32,000 nucleotides of DNA from Pseudodesulfovibrio mercurii (GTDB lineage Bacteria > Desulfobacterota > Desulfovibrionia > Desulfovibrionales > Desulfovibrionaceae): contig NC_016803.1 in NCBI RefSeq assembly GCF_000189295.2, positions 1,140,001-1,172,000 of the forward strand. Direction: 5' to 3'. Below, piece by piece: positions 16,303-24,900 of the stretch (position 1 is its first letter; each line of letters opens with the position of its first letter). A model generated the notes under the pieces. It did no database searches. It saw nothing but the letters and a program-made list of their open reading frames with translations, and was not told the DNA's origin. The position numbers were made by a program, and so were the translations under genes.

Positions 16303-17112
16303 CTAGCCCTTGATCCATTCGACGATTTCCCTGGCCATCTCCTCCACCGGCACGTCCTTGACGATGCGGGTCTCGCGGCGCTGCCTGGGCAGCTCCACCG
16401 AGGAGAATTTCAGGCTGGTGCCGGACAGGTCGGCGGGCTTGGCCTGCATCAGGGCGGGCATGTTCTTCTGCATGTTCTGCATGCCCACCTGCGGGTTGTT
16501 CGGCGGCTCGGGCAGCTCGCCGGTGGCCCAGCCGAAGGCGGCCGGAGCGCCGTCCACCACGGACTTCTGGTACGCACCGCCCTCCACGCGCTCAAGCACC
16601 TCCAGGGAGCCGTCGTCGCCCACGGTGAGCCTGTCCACGCCCTGGAACTGCTCGGTCACGCCGAGCATCTCGCCGACCATCTGGATGACCGCGCCGGAGC
16701 CGCGCGAGGCGGACTGCCAGCCGCCGAAGAGCAGCAGCCTGGACTTGTCCAGCCCGCCGATGCCCTCGATGGTCGCGGCCAGGACCTTGGCGGTCTCGTA
16801 GGCGTCGGTGAAGCCCGAGGCGGAGCCGTCGGCCACCACCAGCTGGAACGGGACCTTCTGGGCCACGGACATCATGACCTGCTGCAGCTTGGCCTTGGGG
16901 CCGAGGCTGACCAGCCAGACCTGGCTGCCCGGATTCTTGGCGGCCAGGCTCGCGGCCTCGTACAGGGCGTGCCCGGCCCACGGGTCGAGCACGGCGGGGA
17001 GCATCATCTCGTTCTTCAGGGACGGCCCGGCGGGCCCGTCCTGGGGCGCGAGCGTCTGGAGCGGGTCCGGAACGATGGACCCGCAGACCACGATGTGGAA
17101 TTCACTACCCAT
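16303..17112 (-). CDS. etfB: Electron transfer flavoprotein beta-subunit-like protein
   Basis: The 269-aa product begins FHIVVCGSIVPDP, the EtfB N-terminal beta-strand. LLLFGGWQSASRGSGAVIQMVGEMLG corresponds to the EtfB D.....G motif region. AAGGAG lies upstream of ATG 17112. Confidence 0.8.
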   Translation of the reverse strand: MGSEFHIVVCGSIVPDPLQTLAPQDGPAGPSLKNEMMLPAVLDPWAGHALYEAASLAAKNPGSQVWLVSLGPKAKLQQVMMSVAQKVPFQLVVADGSASGFTDAYETAKVLAATIEGIGGLDKSRLLLFGGWQSASRGSGAVIQMVGEMLGVTEQFQGVDRLTVGDDGSLEVLERVEGGAYQKSVVDGAPAAFGWATGELPEPPNNPQVGMQNMQKNMPALMQAKPADLSGTSLKFSSVELPRQRRETRIVKDVPVEEMAREIVEWIKG

Positions 17113-17193
17113 GCATTGTTCTCCTTAGATTAGCGGCGGCAATCGCATTTCTCATGCCGTCCATTTACCGCCTTCGGCGAATGCCTCCGGCGG

Positions 17194-17223
17194 CTTAAGA
17201 ACCTTTTGAAAAAGGTTCTTAAG
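17194..17223. repeat. Perfect 30-bp AT-rich palindrome (14-bp arms, 2-bp centre) in the ETF-QO/etfB intergenic region
   Basis: The sequence is CTTAAGAACCTTTT-GA-AAAAGGTTCTTAAG, read directly from the window. Confidence 0.9.
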
Positions 17224-17397
17224 AATCTCCAAAACTTATTGGCGCCGCTTCGCGGGGTTGGCCGCGAATATCTGGCTCTTTTTTAATGAACTATTTCGCC
17301 GAAGGCGACAGCGGGACTCCAAAGGGCTCGCCCTTTGGCCGCCGGAGGCGAAATCACCTGTCGCATTCGCCGCAGGCGATTCCACCCTGTCTTTATC

Positions 17398-19239
17398 CTA
17401 ATTCTCCACGGAATGCAGCCCGCCGGAGCCCGCGCGGAACTGGACGTTGGTCCGTTCCGGGTCGTTCGGGTCGGACTTGCTGCAATTCCACAGGCACGCC
17501 CCGCAGTGCACGCACTTTTCGCGATCGAAGAGCGGCGCGCCGCCGTCCGGGTTGGTGTAGATGGCCTGGCCCGAGCAGGCCTCGATGCAGACCTGTTCGC
17601 GGCAGGTCGCGCACCGGGCCGGGTCCGCGAAGCGCACATGGTCGGCGTAGCCGGGGTTGGCCTGGACCTTGCCGCCCATGAGCAGGGCGTCCTGGTGGGA
17701 GACCAGCAGCTGTCCGTCCAGGGGGATTTCCGGCCAGCCCGCGCGGTCCATGAGCGCGTCGTGCAGGGACTTGCCCTGCTTGGCGCAGTCCGCGCGGATG
17801 GCCGCGATCTCGCCCGCCGGGATGACGTCGCGGTAGTAGTCCTCCACGGACGGGATGCGCTCCTGGGGGCGCAGTGCCTTGCCCGGCATGTTCAGCAGGC
17901 CGTTGGTCAGCCCGGTCAGCCCCATGCCGAGGAAGCCGGAGAGGACGGACCGGGTGAAGCCGTCGCGGGACTTTTTGGCCACCTCGGCCTCCTTTTCGAC
18001 CCAGGAGGCGCGGCGGCGGGAAACATAGGTGTTCTCGAGATTTTCCTTGGTGAAGGCGCGGCCGGACTTGAGCAGTTCCAGCACGGCCTCGCCGAGCTGC
18101 ACGCCCGTGGCCCAGGCCTCGTCCACGCCCGAGCCGGTCAGCACGTTGGTGGAGCCGGACCCCTCGCCAATGCGCGCGAACCCGTCGCCGCACAGGATGG
18201 GCTCGCCGTGCTTGCCCGACTCGTTCAGGGACTTGGCTCCCCAGGAACGCAGGGTGCCGCCCTGAAGGCGCTTCCACAGGTAGGGATGGAGCATCCAGTG
18301 CTGCATGTAGCGGTAGGCCGTGCGCACCGGGTTGTCGAACCAGGACGGCACGAAGATGCCCAAACTCGCCACGTTGCCGGGGTAGACGTACAGGAAGCCG
18401 AAGATCTCGGGCTCGGGGTAGCCGATGGTGTGCAGCACGGTGCCGGGCTGCCAGTCGCAGCCCTCGGGCAGCTCGACCACGCACTTCATGCCCACGGCCC
18501 ACTCGCGCTGGCAATTGTCGCCGGGCATGCCCAGCCTGCGGTTGAGCTCCCGTCCCACCGGCCCAACCGGGCCGTCGGCCACCACGGTCAGGGCGGCCTT
18601 CATGTCCATGCCCGGCATGTAGCCCGCGTTCGGGGTGCCGTCCTTGTCCACGCCCTGGTCGGCCATGCGCACGCCCTTGACCGCCGTGCCCTCGACCAGG
18701 GGCTCGGCCACCGGGCTGGACGGCCAGATCTGGGCCAGGCCCGTGCCCATCAGGTTCGCGCCCACCCACTGGTTGAGCTGGCCGATGGAAAACAACATGC
18801 CGGGATGTTTTTCCAGAAATTTCGGGATGTACGGCAGCTCATACGCGCCGTCCTTCATGAACCCGCCCAGGATCTTGTCGGCCAGCCTGAACAGCCCCGG
18901 CCTGCGGCTCGCGCCCACCGGATCGGTCAGGAACAGGACCTTCTCCTCCCGGACCTCGCAGGCCATGGGAATCTGGGACAGGTCCAGGTCCGGGAACGTG
19001 GCCCGGATGGAGCGGCCCTTGGTGACCACGCCCGACACGCCGAAGCCGATGTCGTCGGCGCGCTCGTAGCAGATGACCTGGGGCGGCATGCCCGGCATGA
19101 CCTTGGATTCGGCCGCGAAGGTGCCGTCGTCGTTCATCAGCCCGCGCGTCAGGGTCGTCAGGAACCCGCCCGCGGCAGGGCCGAAGCCCACACATACAAT
19201 ATCCGTCTCCATCTCGACACGCGGCATCTCGTCGCTCAT
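17398..19239 (-). CDS. Electron-transferring-flavoprotein dehydrogenase (ETF-QO / FixC-like) with a C-terminal ferredoxin-like Cys-cluster domain
   Basis: The 613-aa product has the N-terminal FAD dinucleotide fold DIVCVGFGPAAGG. ETF-QO-like core motifs are present (GYPEPEIFGFLYVYP, GDGFARIGEGSGSTN). The C-terminus has CATCREQVCIEAC and CVHCGACLWNC. GGGGGAGG lies upstream. Confidence 0.85.
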   Translation of the reverse strand: MSDEMPRVEMETDIVCVGFGPAAGGFLTTLTRGLMNDDGTFAAESKVMPGMPPQVICYERADDIGFGVSGVVTKGRSIRATFPDLDLSQIPMACEVREEKVLFLTDPVGASRRPGLFRLADKILGGFMKDGAYELPYIPKFLEKHPGMLFSIGQLNQWVGANLMGTGLAQIWPSSPVAEPLVEGTAVKGVRMADQGVDKDGTPNAGYMPGMDMKAALTVVADGPVGPVGRELNRRLGMPGDNCQREWAVGMKCVVELPEGCDWQPGTVLHTIGYPEPEIFGFLYVYPGNVASLGIFVPSWFDNPVRTAYRYMQHWMLHPYLWKRLQGGTLRSWGAKSLNESGKHGEPILCGDGFARIGEGSGSTNVLTGSGVDEAWATGVQLGEAVLELLKSGRAFTKENLENTYVSRRRASWVEKEAEVAKKSRDGFTRSVLSGFLGMGLTGLTNGLLNMPGKALRPQERIPSVEDYYRDVIPAGEIAAIRADCAKQGKSLHDALMDRAGWPEIPLDGQLLVSHQDALLMGGKVQANPGYADHVRFADPARCATCREQVCIEACSGQAIYTNPDGGAPLFDREKCVHCGACLWNCSKSDPNDPERTNVQFRAGSGGLHSVEN

Positions 19240-19470
19240 GGGTGCGCCTCCCCCGGACCCCCAGCCCCTCTTCCCTCCTGAACTTTTTATGTCGCTACGC
19301 GAAAATCGGGGGGAGTGACCAGGCGTTTTCCTTCCCGGTACGCCTGGGGGGTGGGTGGGTTGAAGTTATCGTTCGGGGCGGGGATTCGGCCCCTGCCCTC
19401 CACGCCGCCCGACCGGGCCTGCCTATCCTGCACCCTTCCCGGCGGCGTGGCGACAAAAAGTTTTGGAAGG

Positions 19471-19514
19471 GAAAACGCGGGAGGGAAGCCTTTCGAAAAG
19501 GCCTCCCTCCCGCG
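19471..19514 (-). terminator. Rho-independent terminator after the acyl-CoA dehydrogenase gene
   Basis: CGCGGGAGGGAAGCC (19476-19490) pairs with GGCCTCCCTCCCGCG (19500-19514) at 14 of 15 bp around a 9-nt loop. A TTTT run follows on the minus strand. Confidence 0.65.
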
Positions 19515-19528
19515 TGGTCGTCGTTTTG

Positions 19529-21697
19529 CTAGCCCTGCGGGTAGTCGAGGGCCTCGGGAATCATCACCTCGGCCAGGGCGTTGCCCGCGCGGTCCTTGGC
19601 CAGGCGGCAGCCCGCCAGGCACATGTCCACGGTGGCCTTGAGTTCGCGGAACCGGATCAGGTCCGGGCGCGCGCACTTGGACTGGTCGCCCAGGGTGCCG
19701 TCCTCGGCGCATTCGGCCTTGGACTTCAGCTCGGGCTCGCACTTCTCGGCGATGCCGCCGTCCGGGGTCGGACAACGGTTCCAGTTGTACCCGTAGACCA
19801 GTTCTGAACAGATGCGGGCCACTTCACCGGCGGCGCGGGCGGCCTGGACGTGGCACAGGTCCTTGTAGAACCCGGTCAGGTCGTCGATTCCCTCGGCCAG
19901 GGTCATGGACAGGGGGCCCTTCTCGATGAGCTCCAGGACGTCGGAGGCCAGGTGGTAGGCGCCGAGAATCCAACCGAGCGCGTCGGCCATGGGGAAGGTC
20001 ACGCCCTGCCGCTTGTTGTGGTAGAGCTTGCGGCCGTCCTGGTCCACGGCCTCCTGGAGGTGGCCCAGGGTCCACTGCCACAGCTCCATGGCTGCGGCCA
20101 GAACGTAGCCGCCCAGGCCGGGCACGTCGCGGCCCGCGCGGCGCATCTGCGCGATCCAGTTCTCCATGATGCAGCCGAAGATGTCGGAAGTCATGGTCAT
20201 GGTCAGGTGGCGGCGCTGCACGGCCTCGGGGCCCTCGTAGGTGGCCTCGAGCTGGCAGTCGGTCCACTTCTGCATGAGGAAGCCGGGGCAGTCCTCGGTG
20301 ATGCCGTAGCCGCCGACCAGGGCCACGGCCTCGCGCATCTTGTTGGCGCCCTCGCCCGTGTTCCAGAGCTTCACGCCGGGGTTGAGGATGCCCGCCAGGG
20401 CCTCCATGTAGGCGTACTGGACCAGGGTGTCGTTCGAAAGTTCGTTGTACCGGGCCTCGTCGCGCTCGGCCGGGGCCGAGTATTCCAGCCTGATGAATTC
20501 GCGGACCTGGTCGTGGAGCTTGCGCAGGGCGGCCATCTGCTTGCGGATGGAGGTCACGCCCTCGGCCTCGAAGTGAGCCTCCTTGGCCTTTTCAATGGGG
20601 TCGAAGCGGTCGGCCAGGCGCGCGGCGCCCAGGGCCAGGGAACAGCCCGCCTCGCCCGCGGCCCAGACGTCCACCAGGCGTTGCAGGGCGTCCTCGTTGA
20701 TCTGGAGGCCCTTGTCGTAGCGCGGGGAGCCTTCCTTGCAGGCGTCGCCGCCCCGGAAGCGGTTGCGGTGGTAGCGGATGACCGGCTCCACGGCGGAGAG
20801 CAGCTTGGCCGAGGTCATCAGCCCCACGGGGATGCGGGTGCGGTGGAAGACCGCGCCGATGATCTCGGAGTGGTTGTACTTGGGCACGATCACGCCGTCC
20901 ACGACCTCGTAGCCGCCGATGATGCGGGAGGCGGGCACCTTGAGGTTCAGGACGGGGTCGCGGGTGGAGGAAAGCTGGTGGACCATCTTCAGGGTGGGCG
21001 CACCCCGGTCGAAGACGCCCTCGTCGCCCTCTTCGAGGATGACCATGAAGGTCCCCTTGATGCGCTCGTCCTTGGACTCAACGGCGGCGGTGACGAAGTT
21101 GGCGAAGTCCATGTTGGTGATGAACCGACCGCGCTTGTCGATCTGAAGCATGGGCTCCTCGCCCTCGTTCCACTCGGCCACGGCGGCCTTGCCGCAGAGC
21201 ACGCCGGTGTCCACGCCCACGTAGGGCAGGGGCTCGGTCAGGGCGAAGGCCCCGCGCCAGATGGTCCGGTCCTCGCCCGGCTGGGGCGGGACGCAGGCGG
21301 ACATGTACTTGTCGCGCTGCTCAGGGGTGCCCTTCTCGTGGATGGGGGCGAGCGCCAGGCAGGAGGCCAGGGAGGAGGTGGCCGCACCGGCATCGACCCA
21401 GGCCAGCTCGAAGGCGACCAGGGCCAGCGCCAGATTCTTGGGGCCCTCGATGAAGCCGCCCTGGTGGGGGTCCATGAACAGGGCGGTCAGCCCGGACTGG
21501 TCGAAGGCGGCCAGGAGCTCGTTCTTCTGCTCGGTCCACTCATGGGTGTTGCGCGCGCCCCCGGCCACCAGCTTGGCTACCGTGGAGCGGGCGATGGACC
21601 GGGCGCTCTGCACGGACATCTGGAGGTCGAAACGCTCGGCAAAACGCCACATGATCTGCCGGACGTCGTCTCCCGGAAGAGTACGAAGAGTATACAT
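19529..21697 (-). CDS. Large acyl-CoA dehydrogenase family protein (722 aa) with a long C-terminal extension
   Basis: N-terminal, middle and C-terminal ACAD domain features are present (GAFALTEPLPYVGVD, TNMDFANF, QLEATYEGPEAVQRR). An extra roughly 230-aa helical tail ends in a Cys-containing segment (NRCPTPDGGIAEKCEPELKSKAECAEDG...KCARP...MCLAGC). Confidence 0.85.
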   Translation of the reverse strand: MYTLRTLPGDDVRQIMWRFAERFDLQMSVQSARSIARSTVAKLVAGGARNTHEWTEQKNELLAAFDQSGLTALFMDPHQGGFIEGPKNLALALVAFELAWVDAGAATSSLASCLALAPIHEKGTPEQRDKYMSACVPPQPGEDRTIWRGAFALTEPLPYVGVDTGVLCGKAAVAEWNEGEEPMLQIDKRGRFITNMDFANFVTAAVESKDERIKGTFMVILEEGDEGVFDRGAPTLKMVHQLSSTRDPVLNLKVPASRIIGGYEVVDGVIVPKYNHSEIIGAVFHRTRIPVGLMTSAKLLSAVEPVIRYHRNRFRGGDACKEGSPRYDKGLQINEDALQRLVDVWAAGEAGCSLALGAARLADRFDPIEKAKEAHFEAEGVTSIRKQMAALRKLHDQVREFIRLEYSAPAERDEARYNELSNDTLVQYAYMEALAGILNPGVKLWNTGEGANKMREAVALVGGYGITEDCPGFLMQKWTDCQLEATYEGPEAVQRRHLTMTMTSDIFGCIMENWIAQMRRAGRDVPGLGGYVLAAAMELWQWTLGHLQEAVDQDGRKLYHNKRQGVTFPMADALGWILGAYHLASDVLELIEKGPLSMTLAEGIDDLTGFYKDLCHVQAARAAGEVARICSELVYGYNWNRCPTPDGGIAEKCEPELKSKAECAEDGTLGDQSKCARPDLIRFRELKATVDMCLAGCRLAKDRAGNALAEVMIPEALDYPQG

Positions 21698-21759
21698 AGG
21701 TGTCTTCCCCGAAAGGTTGATTTTGGACTGAGATTATCAGTTATCAATAATAGTCGGGG

Positions 21760-21788
21760 ACGATAGGCCATTGTCCCTGGTGAGTCAA
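21760..21788 (-). promoter_or_regulatory. Putative sigma70 promoter of the acyl-CoA dehydrogenase gene
   Basis: On the minus strand: TTGACT (21788-21783), a 17-nt spacer, then TATCGT (21765-21760). This is the same -10 hexamer as the arsR candidate promoter. Pattern match only. Confidence 0.3.
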
Positions 21789-21971
21789 AGTGTTTTTATC
21801 CCTTAAACAAGCGTTTCAGCGGCTTCCCGGGCGGTTCCGGGCCGTTTTCCCCTCCCCGGAAACGGTCCGTCCGGGGGGCTCAACAAATGCCGTTTGCCAG
21901 GACAGGAATCCCGCTTTGACTTCGCCCCCGATTCCCTGCACTATCGCGCCATCCAAAAGGCGGCAGCGGTG

Positions 21972-24900
21972 ATGAGCCAAGAGATTCCGAACATACGCAC
22001 ACTGGCCACGGCCATGGAGACCCTTGCCCAGGGGCGCGCCCCGAGCGGCGGGCCCGGCATCGGCGGCCTGGCCGTGGAGTTCCTGGAATGGTGCGACCGC
22101 ACCCCGCGCCCGGCCCATGCCGAGGCCGTCCTCCTGGCCGAGGCCGTGCTGGCCATGTACCGCCTGGCCGCCAACTCCGGCGACATCCACACCATCCAGA
22201 CCTGCTTCCAGGCCCTGGTCCGTTCGGGACGGTTCGGGCGGACCCTGTGCGCCCGCCTGATCACCGCCCGCAACGCGCCCCTGGCCCGGCTGGACCCCAA
22301 AGTGGCGGCCTGGCCCGCCCGCGACCGGCTGACCCTGGTCCACGAGATGCTCCTGGACCTGCCCGGCGACAAGGACAAGGAACTGCTGACCTGGCTCGAA
22401 GGGGTGCTCAAGCCGCTCATGGGCACGGACCCAGAGGAGCTGGTCCCGTTCGTGGCGCGGCTCGGCGAACAGGGCGAGCTCCTGGCCTTTCCGGTCCGCC
22501 AGGTCATCGTGGGCGGGCTGTTCGGCCGGTTCATCAACTCCCAGCTGACCAACGGCGTGGCGGGCACGGACCTGGAACAGCTCTGCCGGGTCATCCGGGG
22601 CATGGGCGACGCGGCCTATGCCGAGGCCCTGGCCAAGGCCGTGTCCCTGGGCCGGATCAAGGCCGACGTCGAGGTCCTGCGGACCGTCGCGACCGTGGGC
22701 GAGGCGGGCAACAAGACCATCCTGGCCATGCTCCTGAACATCCTGCCCAAGGCGGACGCCAGGCTGGCCGGGGCGTGCCTGGACGCGCTCATCAGCCAGG
22801 ACCATCCGGCCATGGGCAAGGTCCTGGCCTCCATCCGCTCGCGCATGCCGGCCCTGCGCGCCGCCGCCGTGTCCCGCGCCCCGCTGCTCGGGGACATCGG
22901 CCTGGTCCAGTATCTTTCCTCCCTGCCCGAGGAGCGCCGCGACGACGCCCTGCTGGAGATGTTCGGCGTGCTCGAGACGATCGCCCCGGACTTCGTACGC
23001 AACGCGGCCGGCGCCTGCCCGCCCCGGGGCACGAACTCGCCGCGCGCCCGCGAGGGTTCGACCCCGCCTCCACAGCCCGGAGAAGAGCCCGAACCGGCCA
23101 GGACCGGCTTCTTCAAGGGATTGTTCAAGTCCCGGCCCAAGACCCTCCAGGAGCTGCTGCCCAAGCCGGGAAACATCCGCGATATGGACCTGCCCGGCTC
23201 CATGGTGGACGGCGAACAGCTGGAAAACCGCGAGCTGACCGGCCTGGGGCTGGCCGGAACCGCCTTTGTCCGGACCAGCTTCTTCCGGGGCAAGGTGGGC
23301 GACGCCGACCTGACCGGCGGGCTCTTCCGCGACTGCGTCCTGTCCGGCACGGAGTTCCGCGAGGTCCGCTTCAACGGCGCGGAGTTCGCGGACACCCGGT
23401 TCGAGGAGTGCGTGTTCACGGACTGCGTCTTCACCGGCGCGGTCTTCTCAGGCTGCACCTTCGAGGGATGCCGCTTCCGCTCCTCGGTCTTCAGCGAGGC
23501 CTCCTTCCGCGACGTCCGGCTGACGGGCACGGACCTGACCGCCTGCTCCCTGGCGGGCAGCGCCCTGCACGGCTGTTCCCTGCGCGCCGTCAGGTTCGAG
23601 GCCTGCGACCTGTCCTTCGCCGAGCTCGTCGGCGACGACTGCCGGGGCGTGGAGCTGCGCCAGACCTGCCTGCACGGGCTGTACATACGGGACTGCGTGC
23701 TGCTGTCCATGGAGCTGCCCGGCTCGCTCGTGACCCGGTCCGTGATCAAGAATTCCGACGCCGGGCACCCGCAGTTCCTGGCCAACCGGCTACGCCAGAT
23801 GACCCTGTTCGCCCGCGAGGCGGAGAAGGGGGGCATGCCCGGCGGCCGGGAGACCGACCCCTTCACGGCCCGCAAGGCCCTGACCGCCTGGTCGCGCGAG
23901 CTGACCTTCATGCGCCGGGAACGGCGCATGCTCGACAACAACCGCCAGCGCATGCACCGGGCCATGGGCACACTGTCCCGCGACCAGCAGGCCTTCCTGC
24001 GCATGCTCCCCCTGCTCCTGGACTGCGACGTGTTCGAGCGGCGCTACAACTTCGGCAACATCCCCTCCTGCCGGGTCTGGGGCTACTACCCCTGCCTGAG
24101 CGACCTGGAGCTGGTCCGCGAGCGGCTGGACATGGAGCCCGAGCCCGACCCCTCGCCCGAGGTGCGCATCCTGGCGGTCTACGCCATGGGCAGTCTTGGC
24201 ACCGTGGCCCAGACGTCGAGTTCGGACCTGGACTGCTGGGTCTGCTACGACGGCGACGTGACCATGACCATGGAGCACGGCCTGACGCGCAAACTCAACG
24301 CCATGGCCCTGTGGGCGGAGAGCGAGTACGGGCTGGAGGTCCACTTCTACCCCATGCGCATGGACGACGTGCGCGACAACCGCTTCCTGTCCGGGGACGA
24401 GGAGAGCTCGGGCTCGGCCCAGGTCCTGCTGCTCAAGGAGGAGTTCTACCGCACGGCGCTGAAGCTGGCGGGCAAGAACATCGCCTGGTGGGTCATCCCG
24501 GCCGGGGCCAGCCGCAAGATGTACGAGTCGTGCATCCGCGCGGCCCGGCGCTACCCCCTGTGCGGCAAGCCGCGCCTGGAGGACTTCGGCCACCTGGCCG
24601 AGGTGCCGCCGGACGAATACTTCGGCGGCTCCCTGTGGCAGATGGTCAAGGCCGTGCACGCGCCCTTCAAGTCCGTGCTCAAGCTCGGCCTGCTCGAGAC
24701 CTACGCCGCACCCGGCGCGTCCGCCCTGCCCCTGTGCGACCGCATCAAGCGCAACCTGATCCGCAACCGCCAGGGCAAGCTCGACACCGACCCGTACACC
24801 GCCCTGTACTCCACCCTGCACGACTACTACAGCGGGCGCGGGGAGGACAACGCCGCGGCCCTGCTCAAGGAGTCCTTCCGGCTCAAGGCCAACCTGACGG

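Noticed and set aside
17194-17223. The 30-bp palindrome as a rho-independent terminator of the ETF-QO-like gene.
   Set aside because: There is no U-tract on either strand. The stem is AT-rich and the centre is only 2 nt. A protein-binding dyad or part of a larger RNA structure is more plausible.
21731-21752. Resemblance of GATTATCAGTTATCAATAATA to a Fur box (GATAATGATAATCATTATC).
   Set aside because: Position-by-position alignment in either orientation gives poor identity beyond the generic AT-rich hexamers. It is kept only as a direct repeat of unknown function.
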